Positions 42,217 to 55,148 of a DNA stretch of 64,000 nucleotides are shown piece by piece (the stretch's first letter is position 1; each line of letters starts with the position of its first letter). Origin of the DNA: Eledone cirrhosa. Its lineage: Eukaryota. The DNA is taken from the NCBI GenBank assembly GCA_964016885.1, contig OZ024750.1, positions 53,010,001 to 53,074,000 on the forward strand, written 5' to 3'. The notes beneath the pieces are model-generated. The model saw only the letters and a program-made list of their open reading frames with translations, was not told where the DNA came from and made no database searches. A program made the position numbers and the translations under genes.

Positions 42217-42532
42217 TTGTTTCTACTTTAGGCACAAGGCCAGCAATTACCCAGTGCATTACTGGTACTTTATTTTATCGACCCCGTAAGGATGAAAGGC
42301 AAAGTCAACCTCGGCGGGATTTGAACTCAGATCGTAAAGGGACACACATTATATTGCATGGTAAAATGTTAAACATCTGATACATTATATTATAGTACGA
42401 TCTGAGTTTAAATCCCGCCGAGGTTAACTTTGCCTTTCATCCTTACGGGGTCGATAAAATAAAGTACCAGTAATGGTCGATAAAATAAAGTACCAGTAAT
42501 AATTACTGGCCTTGTGCCAAAAGTAGAAACAA
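42217..42532. mobile_element. Head-to-head pair of 5'-truncated tRNA-derived SINEs
   Basis: B-box-like gagttcaaatccc plus aactttgcctttcatccttacggggtcgataaaataaagtaccag; single copy of the family at ~53820-53960. Confidence 0.85.
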
Positions 42533-45500
42533 CTATTATATTAAAGTACTAAGTACTATTATATTAAAGTACTATTCAGTTGAACTTGGTTACACTTGTT
42601 TACCATGGCTGCTATTTGGAACACAATATATTTATGTCCTCTTTACAATTTGCACTGTTACAAATTCTTCCTTTACACAAGCAAGGCAACATTTTTTGAT
42701 TGCATGATTCTGTCTGTCTGCCTCTCTCTCTCTCTGTCTCTATGTATGTGTGTGTGTGTGTGTGAGAAAGAGAGTGGTGATGATCTCACGTTTTTTATGA
42801 AAAGTGCTTGGTATATGTGAGAGAGAGGGTGGTGGTGGTTTCACCTCTTTATGGAAAGAGGATAGTAGGTGAGAGAGAGAGAACTAGAAGAGGAATTTAC
42901 AAAATTAAAATTGTGTTCAATATAAAATACAAAATAATACAACTTATAACTTTTTAATTTCTTCTAGTTTTCTTTTTCTCAAAGACATTTCATTTTCATT
43001 GCTGTCATTTCATTGCAAACTGACTTTCCTTAAAGGAAAGAAAGAGGAAAAAAAACTAATTTTTTTTTTGTTTGTCAAACTTATTTTCCTTTTTGATTGG
43101 CTGCCAAATAATGTTATGTTAATTAACTTAGCCCATGTCAGAGTTAATTGGAAATTAATATCTTCAAAGATATTTCACTATATGTATTGTATTTATACTG
43201 TTCCATGTTGGCGTGGTAGCTTAGTTTCTCAGCTTGTCCTATTTTCTTTTTTCTTTTTTTCTATATGAACAAACCCACTTTTCTATCCAGGTCAACCTGC
43301 TCCTCTTTCTCTAAAGGTCAAAGACCACTTCCACTTTTCTCTCCAGGTCATTCCGCCTCTTTTCTCTCCAGGTCAATCCTCCCCCATTTTTCTCTCCAAT
43401 CTTAATTTTATTTAAAGTTTTCTTTGTTTCAACTTTTAGCAGCTTGTGGCATTTCTTTTTCATTTCATTTACATCACTTTTAGTAGATTTCAGTGTGAAG
43501 ATGTGTAGCTTATTGGTGAAACTGTTTGGCCACACAGTCATCACTTTGTTTTCATGATCAATCAGCACTCCGTCTTAGACACTATATTCCGCATATCATT
43601 TCATATAAGATCCTTTTATTATGTTATATACAACCATCTTAGTAAAAAAATAAAAAATAATCTTCTTCATCATTTCCATCCAACATCAAATAGACCTACC
43701 AGTCCAGATGTTCCTCTAGAAGAGGTCGTTTGTTTTGTTAGCAGGTTTATTATCCGTCACCAGTTTGCTAGGCCTATTGTGGATAACTCCACAGCACGGA
43801 TATCATCCAATGGAAAGGCAAAGGCCAATATAAGTTGGCACCAGTGACATCACAACTCTTCAGCTGTGTGAACTGGAGCAACATGAAATAAAGTGTCTTT
43901 TTCAAGGATACTAAGCATTGCTCAATCTGAGAATCAAACACACAACCCCACTATTAGTAAATCCCGCTAAATTCTTCATTAATTAAATGAAATAGTGTAT
44001 GTCATTAGAAATATAGTCATGAAAGGGTTAATTATACTTCACACTTTATTTTAGGCCACTCAAGAACTGGTTACATTTTCAAATTCCTACTTGAGACAGC
44101 TAACTCTACTTGGTATTTGTGTTACTAATAAGGTTCCTGTGGGGACCATTTTTTGTATTCTGACAGTGTTTCCCAAAGTGGGTTTTGTGAAAAAAATTCT
44201 AGGGTTTCTTTAAGGTGTCTTTTAACATTTAATGATAGTGAGCCACCTGGCATACAACAAATATGTTTGATGCCCCCAAATATAAACACCAACTTCATGT
44301 AATTATTTCTCTTATTTAATCCACTACTTACACAATATCAGATATCTAGTTCCATAAGTCCCAAATAATTACTAGTATCTTAATTTTGTGAAGACGTTTA
44401 TGTGCACGTTAGGTTGTATGTTTGACAATTGTAACGTCATAGATTTGATTTCCAAACCCAGTGGTAGTCTCCTTGAGTGAGGTTACATCATTTCATATTG
44501 CTTCAGTTCACTCAGCTAGAAACAAGCAACAGATGGGGTTAACCTAATAATGGACATGAAACCAGTATAAACTCCAGCTTGACCTAACAATGGACATGAA
44601 ACCAGCTTGATTATCCCATAAGCTCAAGAAAGCCCAATCTACTTCATCATCATCATTATCATCATCAGAGCCATATTTAGACCTTGGGGGTCTGGGGCAG
44701 TTCAAATTTTGGAGGCCCAGGGCAGTTCAAGTTTGATGATTGCCCTGGGTATTTGCCCTCCTCCCCCAATAAATCCAGCTCTGATCATCATCTTACGCCT
44801 GCTTTCTATCAAAAGTAAGAACTAGATAGATACATAATATGTAGTTAGTGGATTAAATGAAAGAATTAATTTCATTAAATTGGTATTTACAGCAAATCTA
44901 GGTATACTACATACAAATATATAACTTAATGTTCATTTTTGTATTAGTTTTGCAAGATTCTTGATGTGAAATTGTGTTTGAAATAGATATTGTTATACTT
45001 TGGGAAGGTGATGGTGCCAACATACACCTGTGGAGTTTCTGGAGTTTCACTTCAGTTTTATTGGTAAGGTTACTAATCCATTCGTTGGTTAGTTTAGTAA
45101 CCATATGATTATTTGTCAAAGCTTTCATCACATATTCTAAACTAACCATGGAATGAATTAGTTACCTAAATAATGAAACTGAAGTGAAGCTGCACTGTTG
45201 CATGTGTTTTTATTGGCAGTATGACCCTACCAAACTATAACAATATGATGTTTGGCAGTTTAGTGTAATCCTTACTGCAGTAAACTAATATTATGAGCAA
45301 CTGTTGATAGAAGACTGTCAGTAGCTTGCTGGGAAGAGATAAGTTCTGTTACTGATATACTTAATACTGCTGGGGTGGTGGTGGTGGGCTGTAGATTAGA
45401 AGTTTTAGGTAGCATTCTGTCATTAAGGAAGCTAGATTATCTGAAGTATATATAAGGAACATTGTACTGGATGTTGTCATTGTTGTTACAGCTCACACTT

Positions 45501-46851
45501 ATATAGGATTAGGTGGCCTCAATTATAATGTTGCATCTTAGAGGTTTCTCGGGTATTTTAATGAAAAGGTCTCCAGTTTTATCATGAAAAGTCCCCCTAA
45601 CTCCCTGGACCAGGTGCCTGTCTGTTGCTGGAACTCATTTTTTTTTTAACTGAGTGGACTAAAAAAGAAATGTCTTACTGAAGGTCACAATGCATGGCCC
45701 AGAGCTTTGATTCAGAATTGAACACCTTAACCACTAGGCCACTTGCCTTTGTATTACAGTGTTGGATGTTATGGAAACCATTGTAGATACAGACAACATG
45801 AATTGAAGATGAGTCCAGTATCTTTCATTGGGTATACAGTAGAAATGGATTGGCAGAATCATTAGAGCATCCAATGAAATATCTTGTAGTTGTTTTAGCT
45901 CTCTGAGTTCAAATCCTACCGAGGTCAACTTTTCCTTTGGTTTGTATTTTTAGTAAAAATAAATGACCCTATAGAGCCTCCCCATTTAGCTTGTGGTAAT
46001 GATTATCCTTCTTATTGATTGAAAATATGATTTGTACTGTTGTGGATGTAGTCAAGGCTGCATGGTTAATAAGTTCACTTAATGCAATTCCAGGTTCTAT
46101 CTCACTGCTCAACACCCGTTTGACCAGTCTAGCTTTGGGTTGAATACTACTTGATGAGTGCAATTTCAGAGAATGAACTCTGGAAGCATGGTGTTCATAT
46201 AAACTCTCTCTCTCTCTCTCTAACTCACGTATTTACTGGTGCCACAATAAAATGCACCCAGTATACTCTGTATATGTTAGTGTTGGCATCAGGATAAAAT
46301 ACACTCAGTAAACTCCTGTTGGTACAAGGGTAAAATGTACCCAGTAAGTATGATTTATATATAATGCACCCAGTACAATCTACAAAGTGATCATGTTGGT
46401 GTCATGATAAAATGCATCCATGGAATCTATGAGCAAGGTGAGGTCTCTCCGTGACAATCTGTTGAACCTATGCTAGCATGGAAAGAGGACATAAAATAAT
46501 GATTATGACACACACGTACCTTAATGTATATTGGTGAAGGAAAAGAGGAAAATCCCTGCTTTTTAAATGATGTCCAGTGCTATATAATGACTACAGTAAG
46601 TTCCATACACTTCCTTGTTGTTCTATCAGAAATACAATGAACCAATGATTGACCTACTGGAAACCTGTAACCAATCATATTCACCAAAGAAAGTGCCAGG
46701 AATTCCAAAATGTTTATATTTTAACTTTTAGTGAGTTGGTCACATGGTTATTTACTTTGGTAAACACCACTGCAGGTCAACCACTAATTTAATTCGATAC
46801 AGAAATAATGAGATTAACAAACTCGCCAAGAGCCGGTCGCCAAATAAGGAC

Positions 46852-47060
46852 TTTAGTGAGTTGGTCACAGGGTTATTTACTTTGGTAAACACCACTGCAG
46901 GCCAACCACTAAAGTGGTGACCCCGACGTGGTATGAACACGCAGCCTTCTGACTCCAGATCAGAAGGCTGCGTGTTCATATCACGTTGGGGTCACCACTT
47001 TAGTGGTTGGCCTGCAGTGGTGTTTACCAAAGTAAATAACCCTGTGACCAACTCACTAAA
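46852..47060. repeat. Near-perfect palindrome, 101 bp arms and 7 nt loop
   Basis: Two mismatches. The 61 bp outer segment also occurs at 46727-46787. Confidence 0.95.
46948..46997 (+). pseudogene. 3' portion (nt 27-76) of tRNA-Trp(CCA) including CCA tail
   Basis: TCTGA-CTCCAGA-TCAGA-AGGCT-GCGTG-TTCATAT-CACGT-TGGGGTCA-CCA matches the metazoan tRNA-Trp 3' part as I recall it; no D-arm or 5' acceptor strand. Confidence 0.88.
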
Positions 47061-47629
47061 AACTCATTGGTGTTGTTTCTTGTAGTTTTCATAATTTTCT
47101 TGCACTTCTGATTAACCAAGTCATTTTTGTGAAACCAAGGAAGTGAGTTCCACCAAATCGTTAATCCTTTCATTATCCTTAGTTATTATATTTCTAATGA
47201 AAAACTGAAAATAATGAATTTTGTAGGATTTAGTTAATGAACTTTCTCATTTTTAAGCTGGCATTTTAAACAAATCATCATTATCTTTTCTACATTCGTC
47301 TTTTTCATGTTTTTGTGGTATGGGTATGTAAAATATTCTTACATAAAACAATGATGGTTTAAATTTCAATATAAACACTTTAAAACAAATGTAGAATAGA
47401 ACCAGTGGTGCTTTCAGGCAGTTTGATATCAAAAGGGTTAATTATTTTGAGAGAAATGGTGTTGAAGAGAGAGATGAGTGTCTACTTAAACTGTAAATTC
47501 TCCAATGCTTTTTTTATGACAAGGAAATAAAGTTTAATAAGCCACTTGTCAGCATTTAACTTCATTTGTCATCAGACAAAACTGTCTGACATTACTTGTT
47601 AGAATATTAGCAGGAGAAGCTGTGGATGT

Positions 47630-48065
47630 CGCTTGGCCAAGTGTTAAGTTCACTTGGCAGTCTTTAGGTTGTGGGTTTGATCCCAGCACATGGCATCTTG
47701 GTCAAGTGTCACCATAGCTTTGGGTCAATACTTGTGAGTAAAATTGGGGAGATGGAAACTGTTGGGTAGCCTGTCAGACTCTATCTGTAATTCAAAGAGC
47801 TAGCTGAATCTCCCTGAGAATTATGTTAAGGATGCACTTGACTGTGGAATGCTCAGCCACTTGAACGTTAATTTCATGATAAGGAATGTTCAGCCCACTT
47901 GCAATATAATAAATGGACTGTACCTGTAATTCACTGGGTCAGCTTTGTCCCACATTGAATAGTTACACCTGACTGTAGAATGCTTAGTCACTTGTACATT
48001 AATTTGATGAGCAAGCTGTTCCATTGGTCAAACAACTAGAACAATCATCATTGAACCTGATGGAG
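47630..48065 (+). mobile_element. Decayed tRNA-derived SINE resembling cephalopod OR/Ceph-type, partly duplicated
   Basis: tRNA-like head (gggtttgatccc), then gtggaatgctcagccacttg..gttaatttca (twice) and gctgttcc..aact.gaac. Confidence 0.6.
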
Positions 48066-50071
48066 GACCATTCTATATATGTAGGTTGGTGTATATGTGC
48101 TATAATATGTATGTAGTAAAAACTAGTTAGTAAAATATTCAGATTGTAAATAACCTAATTAGTACTTTGACATTTTAATAGCTTTAATGATAGGGGAGCA
48201 AATCCTATCATAAGCAAAGTGAAATGAAGCATGTTACTGAAGACTACAACACACCACCATATCTAGGAAACAAACCTCTTGACCTTATGATCACAAATTC
48301 AACACCTTAACCATGAGGCTAAGCACCTACTTTGAGCAGATGTCTCTTACTATATAGCCTCAAGCCAATTTATGTCTTGTGAAGGAATTTGGTTGATGGA
48401 AACTGTAAAGTATACACACCTTTTTTTTTCTACATTCCAAACTCTTCTTTTTCCAAACTTTGCTCTTTTCCGATGAAGGACTAACACCCGATATGTTGAA
48501 ACATTTATTTTCCTTTTCCACCATGTGTGAAACTAATAAGTCTTTGTGTCATTGTGTCCATCTTGTTTATCTTAAACTACACACATACTCTTGGGTCTCC
48601 CAAAATAGGTGTGTGTGTGTAATTGGTGGTGGTGGAAAATTGGTAATGTTTCTAGGCCAACACCGTTGATTTAAAATAAAAAACAATCAGTTGTTTAGTT
48701 TACATATTGAGACCCTAACCCATCCTATTTATTTTATAAGGTTTGGCCAGGTTGTGGTAGTTAGACATGGCCTAGGCTGGCCGAAACCTATCAACGGTAA
48801 AGTTATGGATTTCTAGCAATGTACTTTTTTTTGTCATGTGTAATGTTTTTTAATGTATAAAGAAAATTGTTGCTGATATTTCACCACAGATAGATTAGCA
48901 AAATATGGGCAGGGGCTTGGGGGTTAGAATAAGAGTTGAGGTGTGTTGGGAAAAATTCATAAGCGGGAGGAGAGATAATTTGAGACCCGAGACTACACAT
49001 ATGAACATGTGTGTGCCAGATTAACATTCATACTTTCATATTGAGAACAATTAAATCATGCAGTGTCATTTGTATCCTGTGCAAACAACAGTGTCGCAGT
49101 TGTCAGATATGACTGGTATAAACCATACTTATAAAGAAAGTACGAGTTGGTGTCAGGAAGTCTCAATCAAATCATGTCAGCATGGAAAATTATGACTATG
49201 ATGATGATGATGGTACTTAAGATTTTCTTGCTAATTAATCCTATCTGTTTTAGCTGGATTAATCAGTCTATATTTTGGATTAGAGGTAACATTTTTTGTG
49301 CTCTATAAGTGTGAGTGAGGCACGCCTCCTGCTTAACTTGAGCTTCACATTCGGACCTAATTTCAATTTCTGGGTTATGTTTTTGTTTTTTTTACTCTGA
49401 TATAGTTGTATATATTTGCACTTTGTATAATTGTGAGTGATGTTCTTATTAACTCTTAATGTCCTGTACACAAAACCTCATTAGCAAGTCATTCTTGAAA
49501 ATTACAAATCACTTTCATCAAACCCATGTCAGTATGAAAAAAGCAATGTAAAAACAATGCTGAAGGATTTTTCATGCTGGCATGGGTTGCGTTTTTTTAT
49601 GAGTGGATGATTTTCTTGATGCCAGTTCATTTAGTTATTGTTCACAATGTGCAATGAGTGCATTCACACACCTTGCTCATTGTTACCCCCATTCAATGTC
49701 TATTTTCCATTTTTGCCTGGGTTAGATGGGTTGTCACATTCTCACACTTGACTGGTCAGGTGACTAGGTCTTGCTCAAAAGTTCCATATTTGGTTAGGTT
49801 TCTGCAACTGGATGCCCTACTAATGCAAATCATTTTATAGAGTGTACTGAGAGCATTTTATCATGACACCTGTATTTTATTGTGGAATCAACACTAATCT
49901 CTCTCTCTTGGCAGTTGTTTGGATATTTGTTCCTGTTATTCTGAGTTCAAATCCCACCACTGAGTGTTTCATCTCAGGGTCGAAGTACTAATCCAGTGTT
50001 GGTCCTATCTCCTTCTGTCACTTCCTGGATGTTCTGTTGAATCAGAGTGAAGGCCAACACTGTGTCTCTGT

Positions 50072-50498
50072 TCACTACAGACACGTGAGACCCCTAACAC
50101 TGGTTTATTAGACACCTGAGACCCCCTAACACTGGGTCACTACAGACACCTGAGACCCCTAACACTGGTTCACTACAGACACCTGAGACCCCTAACACTG
50201 GTTCACTACAGACACCTGAGACCCCTAACACTGGTTCACTACAAACACCTGAGACCCTTAACACTGGTTCACTACAGACACCTGAGACCCTTAACACTGG
50301 TTCACTACAGACACCTGAGACCCCTAACACTGGTTCACTACAAACACCTGAGACCCTTAACACTGGTTCACTACAGACACCTGAGACCCTTAACACTGGT
50401 TCACTACAGACACCTGAGACCCTTAACACTGGTTCACTACAGACACCTGAGACCCTTAACACTGGTTCACTACAGACACCTGAGACCCCTTAACACTG
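50072..50498. repeat. 33 bp minisatellite, ~13 units
   Basis: tcactacagacacctgagaccc(c/t)taacactggt. Confidence 0.97.
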
Positions 50499-50747
50499 GA
50501 CATACTACCAAGTCATACTCAATTACTATTGACAGCTGTAGTAATAGTATGTATGGCAGTCTCTTTCTCTCCCTTCATCTCCCCAATCTCCTCCCTCCAC
50601 CACTGTCCATAAAGTAGGTATCTAGTGCTGCCACTACTCTAGTTATAGTATTATGAAGAATTAACCATTGTTTTAATGAGTTGTAATAATATAATTACTC
50701 TAGTTCTTGACACTGTTAGCAACAGTTAACCTACTAATTCACTTTCT

Positions 50748-51268
50748 TATACACACGCCATACATGTAGCTTAGGTCTATATACACACGCCATACATGTA
50801 GCTTAGGTGTATATATACACACGCCATACATGTAGCTTAGGTCTATATACACACGCCATACATGTAGCTTAGGTCTATATACACACGCCATACATGTAGC
50901 TTAGGTCTATATACACACGCCATACATGTAGCTTAGGTGTATATATACACACGCCATACATGTAGCTTAGGTCTATATATACACCATATACCTAGCTTAG
51001 GTCTATATATACACCATATACCTAACTTAGGTGTATATATACACCATATACCTAACTTAGGTGTATATATACACCATATACCTAACTTAGGTGTATATAT
51101 ACACCACATACCTAACTTAGGTGTATATATACACCATATACCTAGCTTAGGTCTATATATACACCATATACCTAACTTAGGTGTATATATACACCATATA
51201 CCTAACTTAGGTGTATATATACACCATATACCTAACTTGGGTGTATATACACCATATACCTAGCTTAG
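50748..51268. repeat. Two-phase minisatellite (32-34 bp units then 30 bp units)
   Basis: atacacacgccatacatgtagcttaggtctat, then atatacaccatatacctaacttaggtgtat. Confidence 0.95.
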
Positions 51269-51477
51269 TTCCTACAGAACAGTAGTAAAATCATCATCAT
51301 TGTTTTATGTCTGTTTCTCATGCTGGAATGAGGGGGGAAAGGTCATCACGTTCTGAGACTAGATAGGTCAGATGATCATCTCGTGCTCATACATTGCATT
51401 TGGCATGTCTTTTATAACTGGGTGTTCTTACACCAAATACTTTACGGCATGTTTTAACCAACAGTACTATTTTACAA

Positions 51478-52297
51478 TGGCCTGGGCACATTTTATCATG
51501 ACACAGCACTACCAATTGACAGTGGGCTGGGCACATTTTATCATGACACAGCACTACCAATTGACAGTGGCCTGGGCACATTTTATCATGACACAGCACT
51601 ACCAATTGACAGTGGCCTGGGCACATTTTATCATGACACAGCACTACCAATTGACAGTGGGCTGGGCACATTTTATCATGACACCAGCACTACCAATTGA
51701 CAGTGGGCTGGGCACATTTTATCATGACACCAACACTACCAATTGACAGTGGCCTGGGCACATTTTATCATGACACCAGCACTACCAATTGACAGTGGGC
51801 TGGGCACATTTTATCATGACACAGCACTACCAATTGACAGTGGGCTGGGCACATTTTATCATGACACCAGCACTACCAATTGACAGTGGGCTGGGCACAT
51901 TTTATCATGACACAGCACTACCAATTGACAGTGGGCTGGGCACATTTTATCATGACACAGCACTACCAATTGACAGTGGGCTGGGCACATTTTATCATGA
52001 CACCAGCACTACCAATTGACAGTGGGCTGGGCACATTTTATCATGACACCAACACTACCAATTGACAGTGGCCTGGGCACATTTTATCATGACACCAGCA
52101 CTACCAATTGACAGTGGGCTGGGCACATTTTATCATGACACCAACACTACCAATTGACAGTGGCCTGGGCACATTTTATCATGACATCAGCACTACCAAT
52201 TGACAGTGGGCTGGGCACATTTTATCATGACACCAACACTACCAATTGACAGTGGGCTGGGCACATTTTATCATGACACCAACACTACCAATTGACA
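51478..52297. repeat. 48-49 bp minisatellite, ~17 units, inside a decayed RTE tail
   Basis: tgggctgggcacattttatcatgacac(c)agcactaccaattgacag, preceded by RTE-tail sequence at 51290-51477. Confidence 0.93.
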
Positions 52298-53819
52298 GAC
52301 TAAGGGAAAATGAAATTTACAGCTCACACTTAAGGTTTAACTGTCCACTTATGAAATTGCATCTCGTAAATTTCTTGGCCATTTTAATGATAGAGGCTCC
52401 AGTTTTATGAAAATCAACATGAAATGAAACTTCTTGCTCAAGAATACATATCATTTGGTCTAGGAATTGAACTGACGACCTTATGATTGTAAGTCCAATA
52501 CCCTAACCACTAGGCCATGTGCCTTTGTTAGTAGTAAAATATAGTGATTCTTTTTTTTTAGTTACCATTTACTAATTTTACTGAAACAGTCTTTGTTTCA
52601 TTAAAGTGAAATGTTGATAATTGGGTTAATGGTATCTTTGAATTGACATTGAAAATGACCAAATTGTCTGATAAAGAATTCCAATAACTCTTAGTGTTTA
52701 GTTCATTGCTAGCATTAAGCTTGTCTTCCTATAATGTACAATACGTGTTCTTTCTTGATCATATTTCTTATGAAATGCTCTGTAATGTCCTCTACTACTT
52801 GAAACTGGGTTGGTTTTGTTACATAGAACCAGAGGCCATTTTGGCGGGGTTGCTTAATGTCCATTTTCCTCACTAGCAAGGGTTGGTTGAGTATTCACAG
52901 ACCGAGTCAGTACTCAACCTGGGCTACTAACCTCTCAGACAGGCTGTGATGAGGGTCTCCATCTTGCATACATATGATTCTGTACTCTATCAAGTGCATT
53001 TTATCATGAAACCAACACTAGTGAGGTTGTTGTCTCTGACACAGCTGAAGGGTCCTCCCAACCCTTCATTTGGCAGGTTTTCTACAGCTGGATGTCCTCC
53101 CCATTAACCACTTTACAGAGTCTACAAGAGAGTTAAAAGTAATCAATAAAATACATTTTTTTAATCTCTTAGCCATGAGGAAATAGTGCCATGACCCCCA
53201 TCACCGTTTCATGGCCTTCAGGGCTGCTCTTCCTCCACATTATTAGAGATTTTATTATTGTTACATTAGAAAACGAGAGTGGTGGATTGGCAGAATCAGT
53301 AGAGCATCAGATAACATGCTTTGTAGTATTTAGTTACAACCCTTTATGTTCTAAGCTGTAGAGTCTGCTAAAGACCTTGGACCAAATGTTCCCGGTACAC
53401 TATAAAGTGATTTGCATTAGTAGGGCATCCATCTGTAGAAACCTAACCAAATATGGAACTTCTGAGCAAGTCTTAGTCACCTGACCATATGACTGATTAT
53501 GTCTCACAGTACCAAACATCTTGTCTAACAGTTCTGTTGGTCTCTTCTACATTCATATTTTATTTTATTACCATTAAATGGACGATAAGGTAAAGTTGAA
53601 CTTTGTGTGTTTTGAACTGTGTGTGCAGGGAGGGACCTGGAACATGTACCATATGGCATTTCATCCTATGATCTAATGACTCTGCTAATTTGCCAATATT
53701 AATATATTTCTAATGAAAAACACTGGCTATGATTTTCAAATAATTTTTTAAATAATCAAGAATTTGGCAGGATTTAGTAAAATATAAAACTTTCTTTGTT
53801 AGCTGCATAGTTACAGCCC

Positions 53820-53960
53820 TTTACATTCTGAATTCAAATCCCGCTGAGGTTAACTTTGCCTTTCATCCTTACAGGGGTTGATAAAATAAAGTACCAGTAA
53901 TGCACTGGGGTTGCCCCCCCCCCCCAATCATTGGTCTCTTGCCTAAATCAGAAACCATTA
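53820..53960 (+). mobile_element. tRNA-derived SINE fragment (same family as 42217-42532)
   Basis: gaattcaaatcccgctgaggttaactttgcctttcatcc...aaagtaccagtaatgcactggg. Confidence 0.8.
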
Positions 53961-55148
53961 AATTGATATGTGGAACACTACTTAACAAAGGTTCTTACAT
54001 AAAACTCCGATGGAAGGTTTTTAGATGAATGTAAACACTTTAAAATAAACAGCTTTGTCTCTAGAGCAGTTTCAGGTAGTTTAATATTAAAACAGTTAAA
54101 AAAGAGGAAAATAGACCCCCACCCCTTTACAATAACCCTCATCATCATCATTATCATCTTTACATTGAATCTTTGATGCTTGAATGGGTTGGACGGGACT
54201 TTAGCAGTACAATAAAAGAAGATAGAGAGAGAGAGAATTCAGTAGCAGTATAATAAAAAAATATATGAGAGGGAGGGAGAGAGGGTATCTTCAATCTAGC
54301 AACCCATCTCAAAAGCTTGCAACAGAGTGGACTCTACTAAAGACACTCATAGATCAAGTAGTGGAGTTAAACTGGGTGACAGATTAAGTCTACTACCATA
54401 AGTTTGAAGTCCTAGGATAGACTATTTCATTTTTTTCATCATTTCACGTCCACTTTTCCCTACTTGCAACGGTGGGACGGGAATTGATTCTGGCTTGATT
54501 TCTACAGCTGGATGCCCTTCCTAACACCAACCTCATTTACAGTGAGTGCTGGGTGCTTTTTTGCCATGGCACCTCCACGACCACTTTGCAGTGGAATGAT
54601 ATGGACCCCAGTCCCTATCATCTCATTTCTACAACTGAGTAAACTGGAGCAATGTGAAACAACACATCACCCGGTCTGAGGATTGAACTCACAACCTTTC
54701 GATTACAAGCCCAATGCTCTAACCACTAAGCCATGTGCCTCAGTAGCAATACTATAATATAGGAAGACTTACTGTGTGTATCTAGTTAAGAACAGATACA
54801 CTCTATCCCTGCCAGTCATAAAAAAGTTGGCACCAGGAAGGGCATCTAGTTACAATACAATGCCTCATGATAAATATGAAGCCTGCATCGCTATCCTTTG
54901 CGAAGGATAGCGATGTAAAAGGACATTAGGAAAATCTACTTCGTAGAATCAAGACGTATTCGAGGACCTTGCGATTTTCAGAGTCAGGTTCGATCATCAC
55001 ATCGATCATGCCTCGAGCTGGTCGCAAGAGAAATGATTGTAATATGTCCAATAAATTCCATTTGTCGCAACACTGATTCTCTTTTATTCTGTTATATCAT
55101 ACTCTGCTCTAAGAGAGCATTGAGTGCTCAAATGGCTTACCGCCATTC

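Noticed and set aside
46948-46997. Functional tRNA-Trp gene
   Set aside because: The 5' third (acceptor strand, D-arm/A-box) is absent.
48465-48505. Possible hammerhead relic (ccgatgaagg...cccgatatgttgaaa)
   Set aside because: Too degenerate to call.
50072-52297. CRISPR-like appearance of 30-49 bp repeats
   Set aside because: Contiguous tandem units with no unique spacers, no cas genes, and a eukaryotic context.
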